Below are positions 12,303-25,263 of a DNA stretch of 48,697 nt, piece after piece. The number at the start of each line of letters is the position of its first letter. Position 1 is the first letter of the stretch. Source of the DNA: Octopus bimaculoides (Eukaryota); contig NC_068982.1 of assembly GCF_001194135.2 (NCBI RefSeq), forward strand, positions 114,399,225 to 114,447,921. The letters run 5' to 3'. Under the pieces are notes generated by a model. It saw nothing but the letters and a program-made list of their open reading frames with translations. It did not search any database and was not told the origin of the DNA. The position numbers and the translations under genes were made by a program.

Positions 12303-13406
12303 TATCATTCTTTATATATCTAAACTATCCGTCCCATTAAAACTTATTGTATCCCAACCGTGACCATACCGTTTATGATTGATACAATCCTATTTGCGTT
12401 TCTGTAACCCAATGTTTCATACTTTTCTAAGACAGTGAAGGTATTTTCCTACAACTTCTAGCTAGTCGTGTGGTGCGTTGTGTTTCTTCAATTATATTTC
12501 TTGTTGCTATATTGTAATCGTTGTTGTCGTTTTTGTGTAGCCCGAAGTCAACTCAAATCTGACAAACCTATAATAAAAGATATTCCAACCATGACCAGCC
12601 TGTCTTTTTAGCAGTATATAGAACATTTTTCAATGTGTTTTTCCCTTTTCTTATGATAGTGAGAGTAATGAGCGGGATTCGACCGATATGTCTAGCAATC
12701 GGAGAGCTCCATGTGGAAGCCATCTTCTTTCTCTCCTCCTATGCAGTTGTGTCGAGGGTATTCGATGTACCACACGTTACTCCAGTTTTCTACCTACTCT
12801 ATTATCTCTATCACCAATCATCACTCTATGAATAAGATATAAATAAGTATTGATTCTTGTCACTATTTAAATACTTTCACGGTATGGGCTCCAACAATAT
12901 GAATACACCGAATATCGTTTTACGTCATTGATGCTTTGTCTTTGATTTTTAGCATTCATTTCCTTTGATGCATCGGACTGACACTGCAAACATAAACCAG
13001 GGACAAAATTGTTTTCATTATTAATAATCTTACTACTTAATCTCATTGTCTTAATTGTGTAATTCTGATATGTTAGATGTGTTTTGTAACTTGTTTACAA
13101 ACTGTTTCTTGTTCATATTTACACAGCTATCAGTTCCTTTTAAAATTTATTCTGATGAGCTACACCATGACACGGATGAAAACACTTAATCAGCCATAAA
13201 TATGGTGAGATTATTTTCATTGTTAAAAGTTAAATTTAGTAACACTTGTGCTTAAATATTTTATTTTTGCCTTACTGTTTAGTCTCTCTTTCATTTTTTC
13301 TTTGTTTCTGTAAAGCTATTTATCAAATGATAATTAACAAATATACCATTTCATTAGGAACAGCTTTCAAAAATACATGTATAAGAAAAGCTAATGAGTG
13401 AGCGTC

Positions 13407-13590
13407 AACATGGTCACACAACCTACTAGAAATAGCGACTAAATCTCTTTGAACCATACCTTATTGTCTTAAATAAAGAAAGGTGCATCTATTAATGTAG
13501 TCCCCGGTATGCAAACAAAAATAATAATATGGCGCCGGCTAGAAAGCATTTTATAATTGGGTTGGCCTGGACTTGAACTATCACAAAATA
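13407..13590 (+). mobile_element. Old dispersed repeat, family B (SINE-like, class unassigned)
   Basis: Core CTAGAAATAGC..C.AAATCTC...GTCTTAAA.AAAG...ATGTAGTCC. Related diverged copies lie at ~128-165 (-), 18660-18800 (+), ~42885-42960 (-) and 47315-47410 (+). Confidence 0.6.
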
Positions 13591-14642
13591 TACAAGTACA
13601 AAAAAAGATCCCAGAATGAACCATTAGAACTCACTATTCCTCAAGACACATGAACTTCATATTACTTAACATTTTATTAACTATTTTATGTTGACATCAG
13701 TTTAAATTTTATAATAGTGTTAATTGCATGTGAAGTGCTTACCATTCGCATTTATACATTTCATAGAGCGAGATTATTTCATCAAGGAACGTAAAAAATA
13801 AAGAAATAAACTGCTGAATGAAGGAAGGAAGTGAGGAAGAAGGAAGGATGAAAGGATGAAAGGAAGAAAGAAAAGGGGGAAGGAAAGGGTGAATAAATTG
13901 AGCAATGAATGACCGTTGGCATGAATGAATGAGTGAATGAATGAATGAAACATTATCATTATGTATATATATATATACGCTTATATGCTTAAAATGAGAA
14001 AGACTGGACAGTGAGATTGATGTCAATGGATTATAGTCCAAAGAAGGCAGAGGACAAGCAGTGGACAGCATAAGGACAAAATATATTGTGTTCGGTTACG
14101 CCTCTTTACATTCTAAATTCAAATTCCTCTGCGACTGGTGTTGCCATCCATAAAAATAAATACTAAAAATATACTAGGAATCAATTGAATCGACTAATTC
14201 CCTTTCCTATAAATGCATGGCTTTATGCCAATATTACAATTTTATAGATTATAGTTCAAAGAACGAAGAATGGTAGCTTTGAAGTCAATAGAACAGAGAT
14301 CACAGAATTACAAATGCTCATCATGTCATTTTAAGATATTGACATTCTGTCCTCTCACCCTTCTAATATTTGATTTCTAGTCAGTTAATGAAGGGCTTTC
14401 AGTCCTACGATTCATACTAAGATTATATCGTCCGTACTGTTAGTAGCTTTTGTAACCAAGCAACCGGCACTTTGTTCCCTTGGCTATTGCGAATCCTATA
14501 GTGAAGTATATAGTGTAATGAATAATTTGTAAGATATAATTTAGCCTAGCAGCCATAACATCCTAGTTTCAGTTAGCAATATCAAAACAGAATCGCTATG
14601 CGTACCACATTTGCTACATTACACTTCCACCTCGCCCTGCAG

Positions 14643-14850
14643 CAGATAAACTTGCTGAAAATGCAGGACTTCATAATGGTTGACGATATTTCATGCAAAC
14701 CAAAACTGCATCCCAAAGGCCAAGCTTTGTCTTCACAGCTAAAGTATTTTTCCGATTTGAACAAATGATTGCAGCCTCTTTCTAGAAATTAGTGCGAACT
14801 GCATTAGATTGAAACCTACCTATATGGGGCGATGCATCTGCTACACATAA
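14643..14850 (+). mobile_element. Decayed CR1/L2-group (Jockey-superclade) LINE fragment, RT C-terminal/thumb region
   Basis: With one frameshift and stops it translates as ...DDISCKP/KTASQRPSFVFTAKVFFRFEQMIAASF*KLVRTALD*NLPIWGDASATH. This resembles the LINE pattern SDLSWKP..KASQRLGFLFR.K.F...L..LYK..IRP.LEYCS.IWGGAS. Confidence 0.6.
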
Positions 14851-17829
14851 ACAAGACTAACTGTAATGAAAGCTATCCATTTAATTTGAAACGTAGAGCT
14901 TTTTGTTTCAATCATTAGGACCAAAGCCTCAGTTCTCTTTCTAACAAAGTTTTACCAGCTCATATTAACCTGTAGATGTCTAGGCTTGGCTAGATGGGTC
15001 CCACCAGTTTAGGAAGACTTTCAAAGGTGATGGCGCTTCCGCTCCTTCTGTGATTAATTTCTCTCTGTCTCTTCTACCATTATTAACAGCTTCTATCTAG
15101 TTATGCTGTGCTTTTGCTCTGCCCATAGCCACTTGAAGCACGCATTTCCCTTCCCTTTGTCATCACTATCAAGTCTCCTGCTAAATTTTCTTCTGCAGCT
15201 GAAGTACAATATTGCTGTACTCCACTAACTCAGACTGTATGATGTAAAGGTATTCTTAATCATATTTGCAATAATCTTTGAATTTCTTGCTTTTATAAAT
15301 CTCTTATTAACAATCTATTATTCATTATTCTTATTCATAGTTTTCTAAAATAGGATATTAGCCTCTACTCCTCTCGGCTAACAAGCCGTATTCCTTCGTC
15401 ATTGAAGATTATTCGATTTACTAGTTTCTATGCCTCAGTACTTCACATGCTTCAATAGATCTCGCACTAAACAAGCCCTCATAATAATTTTAACCGAGTT
15501 GTGATTCCTTTTGCAACTGCTTCCTTGCAGACATCGATCTATGAAAACTTCAAAAGATCAATTGAAATGTCAACGCTAATGTTTTCCTTAGGCAGGTAAG
15601 GCAGATGCACGTACTGATCGCAGAGAAGGGCTGTCTGGCTAATAGATTTTACAAACTACTAAACTTGATATATCATTAATACATGTAGTAAAGCGGGAGA
15701 TAACATATACTGTACAAGAAATCTTAATTCATAACATTTTATAGCCTTACATATGAGAACAGTCATTATCGAAATGATAAATATTTTCAAAAATTGTAGT
15801 AAAGATAATTAGGGTTCAAACTGAGTCTATTTAAATAACCTATTGTTAGTTTGATTTTTAGCAGTACAATAACAATTCCGAACATGTTTCAGTATTCTTT
15901 GACCTTAACAGGAAGGGTTTTCTCCGTTGTCTTTCTTAATTAAAGTCAGTCGTTAGGATAATTATGTTTTCGTCGCTAGTGTAGCCAGTATCACCAAATC
16001 TGAGAATAGCCAGGGATAATATAAGATTTTAATGTATGCAATTAGAGTGGCGTGATAACTCAGATAAAATGACTGGAAATAAATAATCAAAGTAAGTATC
16101 TCTGGTGCATCAAATACAAATAATAAAATGTATGCTAACATGATGTAGCTAACAAACAAATTCTAATGAAAATTAGTCATTACTATATGTTCTATGCGGT
16201 GCCACCATCACCACTACTCTAACCATTCTTTAAAGTCATCACATCACTCAGTGTTTATTCCCTAAACTTTTTTTTGTCATCTTAAGTCTAGTAGTACCAG
16301 TAAGACAATACTTCTATGCCTCACAAAGGAGATCTAATAAGGCGGAAGCGTGTCTATAATTGTGATCGTATTTCAAAAGGTCAAGCCAACTTCGTACACT
16401 TTTGTGCGTGTGTGTGTGTGTGTGTGCTGTAATCGTATTTCATTAAAACTTCTTAGCACACTACATTAAGTATGGTAGCTCCTACTTTATGCATTATATA
16501 TAACCAACGTTGCTGGGTATTTTTGAAAGTCATTCTACCAGTATAAGGTACAAGTAACATGTATATAATAGTATATATTCTTTAACCAAGTGGTAGTTAA
16601 AACATCAGGCCATTGTTGGAAAGTTTCACTTTAATTAGATCTTGTATAGACGATGTACAACAGCAATGGGTACTCTGGACAAAGACAAGAGCTTCTAGAT
16701 AATTTACCGATCCGTGATAAGCTACATGTAGACGATCTTATCATGTAACGGCCTCGAATTCATAAAGATCATAAGACTTTTGCATTTTTCATTACACGTA
16801 CCAAATCTATGTAAAATATCTGTGTGCACACATGTATGTGTATGAGTATGTGTAATGTTAACTTGTTGCTTTGTTTTTAGTACATTCTTAACCATCCGAT
16901 CCAGCTATCATTCTTGAAGATTATGAAAAATGTTAAAACTAAATTAGATTAAAATAAATCAATTCTTGGCTTTCCGTTTGCTTGCTAAAAGTTAAATTAT
17001 ATTTGAAGACATTTACGTTTGTAGGATGGGAGATTAAACAAACACTGCTTCTATTCTAAACGCTTACATTTCTTTAGATCGAAAATTATCATTGGGTAAA
17101 CTTGAATGGGTGTGTGTTAAATATCGCAGTTTCTTCAGAAGAGAAGCTTTCACTGACAATTTTATTCAGCTGACAAAGAACTCGTAGAATCTGGTGAATG
17201 TAATTGGATTAAAACGTGAAGATTAGTTATCCATAAAAATATATTACTTAGAGGAAAGTATAGAAACCTTATATCGAGTATGAAACAGCTAAATATGTAG
17301 ACATTATAGAAACTGTATCTGTTAATTGAAAACAAATAACTCGACACTTTCTAAACATGGTATTCGAGAAAAGGATTTTCCCTCTCAGCTAGAATTTGAA
17401 GCTGATAAACTCCTTCGATTTCCTGATAGACAAATTCCAATATTCGCCAACTATCTATATTCAGACAATAACTATTGCGTTTCTCCTTGCAGGATTCACT
17501 AATATATATTAGTTGTACACCCACGGAAATGGTTGGCAGAACAAGTAAATCATTGAACAAAATTTAGTTTAAGTCTCTTTAGTTGTAAAATCAACATCGC
17601 TTTTCATCCATCCTGGTTAGTTAATGTGAAGTACCAATACTCCTTTACAATACAAACATAATGGTAACACAATAAGAGAAGACCGACAAGCTATTAGTTA
17701 CAAGCTATAACTTGTTGAATATGCTAAGCAACCTAGCAACCGGGCGGCTGCACGATAGTATGGGCTTACATCAACTAAAATAAGATATTATTTATGAATG
17801 GTAAATCCAGGAAGGATATTAAAGAAAAC

Positions 17830-18130
17830 GGGACTGTAGAAAGAAGAAACATGAATTTTGTCTTAAAGGAACAATATCTCCACAACAAGTAGAAGCTATA
17901 GAATAATAGATGCACAAAGAACAAAGTGCGACCTGTTCAGTTTCAATAAAGATCATATGAGAAGCAAGGAGATTGGTAGAAAAGGGGAATATACAACCAG
18001 ATGAGTTTGTTGGATGTTCATGTTTGTCGATCATTTCATGAAGAAGGATGACGCAATCATGAATGTAAAGACTAGGTTTACACAGAAGATGGCTAATGAG
18101 TACGAGGAAAAATTTCAGGGGATTCATAAA
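17830..18130 (+). mobile_element. Highly decayed RTE-like LINE fragment (post-RT region)
   Basis: Frameshifted pieces ET*ILS*, QVEAIE**MHK and FVDHFMKKDD parallel the RTE pattern ETWTL...KLEAAEMW..RR...FFGHVMRKD. Confidence 0.4.
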
Positions 18131-18659
18131 TACAAGATTAATGCTATAAAGGGAATAAATTGTGAACTAGCTCAAATAATAGTCAATACGGAGGAGGTTT
18201 TGTTAATATTTGATATGCTGTTGAAACAATAAGGTACAAAGATGGTGACTCTAAGAATATGGGTATGAAAACTTGACAATATTGATATTTTGGCGTGCAG
18301 AGGGCACAAACTTTCTGCTTTTGCTAATTTTTAAATAATAAAAAAAGAAATATCCGATTAGATAATCCTCTCCTTTTTAGTATTTTTCTTGTTCACGTCT
18401 ATTGCATGTTCTTGATAGATGAAGAGAAATATTTTATAATGTGCTCATAAATCTATAAATTCCGTTTTTATTTCAAAGCTATATCTTGCTAATTATAGAA
18501 TGCACCTTATAAGCCGGATAAAACGATAATCAACATTTTTATAATTGCATTTAGGTTCGTTAAGATATGGTCTATTGATCGAGCACATGAATAATAATTT
18601 CTTTTTCCAGTGTTAAAAATATGTTGCAAAACCTGAGACAATGAGAAAGCTTTTACATA

Positions 18660-18800
18660 GTCGCTTGAAATGCTAGTAATAGCCAAATCCTTTAAATTTC
18701 ACACTACCGTCTTTTTAAAAAAGACCAAACTGGATGAAGTAGTCCAGAGTACACTTTGACTGAAAAAATGACGAGACGGTTGATCCTTTCGATGAAACTT
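18660..18800 (+). mobile_element. Family B repeat copy
   Basis: GCTAGTAATAGCCAAATCC...CCGTCTTTTTAAAAAAG...GTAGTCC aligns by eye to 13425-13510. Confidence 0.5.
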
Positions 18801-19573
18801 AGAATGAGGAAATATCATATACTGTTTTTAAGTTTAAGCTTATCCTAACAGACGGTATTTAATTTATATCTGATTGCTGATATATTATGTATTTAAAGAC
18901 GAATAAAGCATTCATGTCTATAACAATACCGTTGCAAATATATATAAACTGGTATGGAATGTAATTAACACTTACTCGTTTATTCTGTATATATTGATGA
19001 AGCATATGAAATTTGTGCGGATATATTCGAAGACATTGGTTGAACAATTTAAACTAAAATCCATATGAATTCATTGAGCGTGATATTGGTTGCGTGTTAA
19101 ATTGGTTTGTTTTTGCCAACTTATCAAACTATCGAAGTGGATATATCGAAGCGAATATATTTGTGATTGCTCGTTTTCTTTTGTATTTTACTATGAATAT
19201 AAGACCATCTGAAAATGGATGCATTCCTGAACCAATGAGAGAATGCTAGAACAATTCTGAGACTTAATTTTGACATAAGTGAATAGTCATGCATACAAAG
19301 CAATAGAACTCGTTCGACTTCATGACAATGAAATGCAAATGAAGTATACATTGGAAGTAGTAAGTTCAATAAAGTTTAGCAATATTTAGGTCTCATATAG
19401 CTATAAATCGAGCAAACCAGTGACTGGCTGACCAATCCGCTTCACTCATCTGTCATTAGAAATGAAATTTCACGGCGAGATAATATTTTTTTAAATAACA
19501 TACCTCCTGAATGCATATGTATATGCAAGTGTATATCTGTATACATACATACATACATACATACATATTAATG

Positions 19574-19611
<38 letters not shown>

Positions 19612-21699
19612 AATACATATATAGTGAGAGTGATGTAATACTAATAGACACAATTATGTGTGTGTGAGCGCGAACAGTTTCTATTACGTACTTATAACAA
19701 CTATAACTTACAAGAAATAGCAGACCATACAAGGTAAGTTTCTGACGAAATGTGTCAGCGATTCGGCTGCGCCTTTGCTGTTTTCTCTTACAATTAATTG
19801 AAAAGTTGCAAATTCTCATTCATTTTACCTATATTAACTAAAATTCCACCTATTGACTTTAATGATCATGAAACGATTCATCATTTTTACTTCATAGATT
19901 AGAAACGATTTAAATCATATATATCAATGTTAAATATCTCTACAGAATTACAGCATAGATCCTCTATAAATATACGAGTATGCCAAATATATATATAAGC
20001 TGTACGCTAGTAAAGTCTACAATATAAGTCCATAATTACATACTGTATTTTATTCTGATACAGTAAAATTAACAATCCAAAAGATATCACATTAGTTAGT
20101 ATATTAAGAGTAACAGAGATATTGTTACACGCGGTTAAACAGCATTACCTGGTTCTTCACAGGAATCCCTCTGAAACAAACATTTGGGCCAGTTTTTTTT
20201 TTAATCTGAAGATAACTCGTTATCTTGATATATTGCTTTGATATCTTGATATACTTTTCTGTGTAAAATTGGAGATGGTTTTCAAACAAAAGCCCTTCAT
20301 TATATATGACGGGAACGGCCTGACTCCATGAGTTACACTTCGGTAGCCTGCCCTATTTACAAGCAAGACCATCAGCCAGCTCTGTCTTGCAGATGGGTTA
20401 CGCACATTATTCGAAGTGGTGATTATCAGCAATACATGTATTTTTTGTGAGATGGTTTCTCTTTCTATTTCTTTTTACTTCCTTTTCTCCGCCATCCTTG
20501 AAGGTTCTGGAAACGTTGCATAAAGAAATAATCAAGTCAATTATCAAATTTTCAGCGAGAAAAATTGGTTTCGGCACTGGAGACCATTTAGACAAACATT
20601 AATCGACTTACATGAGAGTGACAAAAAAATCAATATTTATTTATTTTGCATTATCGCAGCATCCTTACATTATCCCACTTACCTCTGTGACTTATCTTCA
20701 TCTCAAAATAACATAAAATGTGCTTTGTGTTATCGGGGTTAGAGAATCCTGTTTTATATGACTCATGAATCTATGGTTTGTATATCTATATTGTTACCCT
20801 AGAAATTAAAGGAAAGACCACGTCGATTATATGCCTATTTTCCATAGAGTGTGTTGTTATGGTAACATAACAACACTCAGCATTAACACGTGTCGTTTTG
20901 TTTGTATTTTTACCAGATTACTGATTTATTTATATATTATTCTTAACAAATCAAATATCGCACTAAATCGTCTAAAAACGTTAAGAATTTTGAAAACGTT
21001 ATCTGCTGTACGTCAGTATACACTTTGAGCATCTTTTATTTTTTTTACAGAGTCAATATATCTGAGTCATAAATAAATAAAAAAAAACATGAGTAAATAA
21101 AAACAACATTTTGGTCCGCATACAATGCGATGTTGGTTAGACAAAATGCGATCAAAATTAATTGTGCACTCATTTAACAGTACATTTTGATATGTACCTG
21201 TCATGTCTATGCAAACGTATTTGAGTTTGTCGTTGATAAAAGCAAACTATCCACAACTGGACCTTTGCAATTTCAAGTTCCTTTAGACTCTACTCAGACT
21301 TAGTATACGAGTCATGTACTTTCTTATTTAGATCTTCACACATTTATAACATTTATAAACACTTAGTCCCACTCATCTCTAAACATTCTAGAAGTATTAT
21401 CATTTGATTTAAAGAGCTTCATTGATACAAAATGTGCTAAAAACTGTTTGCTTTGGAGATCTTGGCCTTCAGTGCCAGTCAAGCTTGATGTTGTGATTTG
21501 GCAAGAGATTTGTAGTTGACTTTTGATTAGAAACAGATTCAATAATGCGTAGCAATGTTAAATATTTGTACGTAAAATGCATCACAACATTAACTGTTCA
21601 ACTTCTTCATTTATCCTTTATCCAGATCAGGAGTCTCATCACAAGCTGATGAGACATACTACTGGTACCATTTAAACCAGTACTACCTGATTTAAGGTC

Positions 21700-21900
21700 G
21701 GATGGTTGGTGACTAAACCGGATCCCCCATTTGAGCAGCGTGCTACTCTTGTAAGGGACACCCAGCAGGAGTGAAAACAGTGAAAACAAGACCTGTCTAA
21801 GGGTGGATGACCTCTCTGTAGGCCATTGGTCATCCAGTTAGAGAAGGCATGGCAAACCAACGCAATATCCTTATTACGAAAATACTATGAGAATGTCAGA
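21700..21900 (+). mobile_element. Isolated RTE-clade 5'-UTR-like remnant
   Basis: AGAGAAGGCATGGCAAACCAACGCAATATCCTT resembles the GGAGAAGG(A/C)AATGGCAA(A/C)CCACTCCAGTAT motif of RTE/BovB-type 5' regions. No downstream ORF follows. Confidence 0.5.
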
Positions 21901-22524
21901 ACGAAGTAACGCTGTGGCTTCATCTGATGGCGAAACTCTCGCTTAACAGGGGAGATTTTCGTTGCAGTGTCATCAACGCTCTGCAAAAGCATACGATACA
22001 TGTCGACCACGACATTTATTCTAACTGTAATCATAACCAAATGAATACTAATGAATGATATATTATTTACATGTGCAACGTATGCGTGTGTGCATGCGTA
22101 CGTGTGTGAGAGTAGGTGTATGTGTGTGTGTGAGTATGTGTGAGTGTGTATGTGCGTTGAATGAAAATTTCATGTAATAATTTTAACAACTCCAATAACA
22201 CCAGAAAAATGTTTAATTTCTGTCCGACGCAGGACTCCGCACAAAATGTTAAACTTTTCTTCTTCACATTCTACTTACTAAATTTCTTTTTAAATAGCTA
22301 TTATTTCTTAAGAAAGACCACCACTAATTTCCTCAAGCTCTAGTGTTTCACTGAATGAATTGATTGAATTAAAACTAGAACAACTTTTGATATATTGAGA
22401 TAGTTTTGGTCTTAATATTCTCTTTTAACGAGAGTTAGCAAAGGTTATCAGTGGGTAGTGAACGCTTGTAAAGGTTAGTTTAATCTCAAACCGGCTGTAC
22501 AAAATACCTTTCAATTATTAGTTA

Positions 22525-22605
22525 TCTTCCTTTGCGTTTCAAGTTCAAATGCCGATGGAGTCGACTTCGTTTTCATCTCCCAGTGGTCAATAAAAAAAGT
22601 ACTTT
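22525..22605 (+). mobile_element. Partial diverged family A SINE
   Basis: CAAGTTCAAATGCCGATGGAGTCGACTTCGTTTTCATC...GGTCAATAAAAAAAGTAC. Confidence 0.55.
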
Positions 22606-23191
22606 TCATTACTAAGATTGCTATAATTCGCACGAAAATGTGAATTCTTGATGCTTCAGTTTAAATTCGATATTATCGATTATACCCTCCATCCATTTCT
22701 GACCTTCCGCCAGTTTTCCAAATCAAAAAATTACCGTATCTGACAAAATATGATAGATTCTTTTATTTCTTACACACACACACACACACACACACACTCC
22801 CCCTCTCTCTCTCTCTCTCCCTCTCTCTACAGTATTTGAAATAGTGCCAGCTCCAAATATTGTTTCACTAATCAATAGGTAATTTAATATAATAATTAGT
22901 ATATCCAAAAGAAGATATGCTCTTAGTTATACATCTAAGTAGGTTTCAAGAGTTTCAGCTATTTAGAATTCTTTGTGATATAATTGTTCACAAAATATAA
23001 GGTAGTTGTTTCACTGAGATACAAACGTAATCTTCCGGCAAAGCCAACCATACCTCAGTGATTTGTAAGGCCCAATCTTTACATTATAGATACAATCCAT
23101 CCGATGGGTTTCCATAGATTCCTTACACCTAAGTTCACATATAAATCTCAGGCAAATTTGAGGCCATATTAAAAGATACATACCCATCTTA

Positions 23192-23252
23192 CCTTGTAGT
23201 AAAGATCCCTTATAGTAAGTTCCCTTGCTGTAAGAAGCCTTGTAGTAAGATC
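23192..23252. repeat. Degenerate 15-bp tandem repeat (CCTTGTAGTAAGATC) x4
   Basis: Units: CCTTGTAGTAAAGATC, CCTTATAGTAAGTTC, CCTTGCTGTAAGAAG, CCTTGTAGTAAGATC. Confidence 0.8.
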
Positions 23253-23684
23253 ACAACTAAGAACTCATAATTGCGAAGTTCCCTTATTATCATTCTTCCA
23301 TACTACATCAACTATTCGTCGCTAAGAAGTTAGAATCATATCCAAACATGCTCTGAATTGTCTCCAGCACCATATCCAACCGAAAAAGAAGCACGGAGTA
23401 GATAAAACAGGAGACAACAGATGAAGGGAATGTTTTTTATGTTCCATGTCTCGTTTCTCTGTTTGTTTATTTCGTTACTCGAAAAAAAGTTCGTTTTCTA
23501 TGTTTCTGTTTTTTATATTCTCGTTTCTCATTCTGTCTACGAATTTTTGATGTCCTGTACCAATATATGCATGTGTATATACATATATATGTTGGTATGT
23601 ACATATGTGTATGTACATACGTATATATTTATATATTATTTATATTATTATATGATCGAACGCCATGCATGCTTTTCCAAGTAA

Positions 23685-23719
<35 letters not shown>

Positions 23720-23764
23720 TCACATATATGTGAGTATATATGTCTGTGTGTGCGTGCGCGTGTG

Positions 23765-23828
<64 letters not shown>
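23765..23828. repeat. (TAGA)n microsatellite
   Basis: Direct. Confidence 0.95.
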
Positions 23829-23829
<1 letters not shown>

Positions 23830-25127
23830 CCCACAAAGAAAACTGCTGGTAACGATACACTTTTCCTATCCATTGCGGAAAACCAATTTAATCCCTTTTT
23901 GAACTATTAAAAGTTCAACTTTGGCTTTGTTTGTTATTGTGGAATTATTCTCCATATTTGTTCCTCAATTTCTTAATTTTTGTCCATAATTGTTTTTACG
24001 TATTGTTCTTTATGTATGTCTATCTTGACACTATGCTTGACTCAACGTTTTGCTTTTAATATTTTATCGATGAATCGGTGTTTATTTTTATCTTTTTTTT
24101 TTATCTTTTTTTTGCTCTTGGTCTACTAAATATAAAGAAAGAGTTTTGTTCAATATGAGTGTATGTCGAAAATCTCAATCCTATAGATTATATTATATTG
24201 CGCTTTCACCTTTGTTGAAATCGTGCCTTTATTTTTTATAGTCATTCTTCTTCTTTTTGTTTTTTGTCATGTGTGTTTATTTTCCCTTTACTTCACAAAT
24301 ATATCTAAAATGTTCCCTTTTCTTTTTCTTTTTTCTTTTTTTGGTATTTGTTTTTATTTCACTTGTCTTTTCACTTCCTGTAGTTTTCTCTTTCATTAAG
24401 TTTTCAGCAGCTGTATGCCAACTTTATTGTCATTTTCTTTCTTTTTTTCTTCCTTTATTTTTTTATTTACTCATCCTGTTTTCATTTTCTGTTTACTCAG
24501 TGAACTGGAAGAAGCTTGTGTCACAAAATCTTAAAAGAATCATGCAAAAGTACACAGATCTCTTCTTTTTTTTAACAAGAACCATTCATAGCTTGCCAGC
24601 CATCATAGAAAAATAGAACATTGGTTACGAGCCAATGAGGAAACCACAATGTGGTTCCTCGTACTGCTAGAAATAACACCCCCATCTCACTTAAATAGCA
24701 TTCTGCCGTCTTAACGGACGAGCGACACAATGTCGTCATAGCTGTACAAATAAAAGATGAGAGGGTCACAGATCGAATTACTTTGACCAAAAGTTTGTTT
24801 AATCGAAACTGGACAAGAAAATATTAAGTCATACTGCAGTAAGATAAGCTGTTGGTGTTGAAAAGTGAATATTCAATTAAGCATTCTTCTTTTGAAAAAC
24901 TTATCCATTTTTTAAAAATCCCACTTAATTTTATACTGAAAATATTTTAAATTTTTCGATGTGATAGGATCTGTTAACTTAGAGGTAAAATATTTTACAA
25001 CCCAAATATGTGACCACTAATCAACTATTAAGATTCTTAACATATTTGTAATGGTTTAATTGCCTTCGTTTCTCTTTTTTTTTCTTCCCCTCTTCCATCT
25101 ATTTCTCACTCTTTCTTCTTCTTCGTC

Positions 25128-25154
25128 TTATTATTATTATTATTATTATTATTA

Positions 25155-25201
<47 letters not shown>

Positions 25202-25202
25202 T

Positions 25203-25263
<61 letters not shown>
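25128..25263. repeat. Compound (TTA)n(GTA)n microsatellite
   Basis: Direct. Confidence 0.95.

Noticed and set aside
13152-13184. Hammerhead-like CTGATGAG...GAAA
   Set aside because: Stem II cannot form and I found no stem I/III pairing. The enclosing 78-nt AG..GT segment (13127-13204) has stops in all three frames.
19731-19739. Perfect splice donor AAG|GTAAGT
   Set aside because: About one such 8-mer is expected by chance in a window this size, and I found no convincing upstream acceptor or ORF.
21646-21700. Hammerhead-like CTGATGAG upstream of the RTE remnant
   Set aside because: No GAAA follows a stem II, and the motif is itself locked in the GTCTCATC/GATGAGAC hairpin.
24257-24616. 119-aa F/L/S-rich 'membrane' ORF
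   Set aside because: Translation of a T-rich polypyrimidine tract.
24652-24675. HDV-like P3/L3 motif GGT-TCCTCGT-ACT
   Set aside because: No P1, P1.1 GG, J4/2 or P2 partner downstream.
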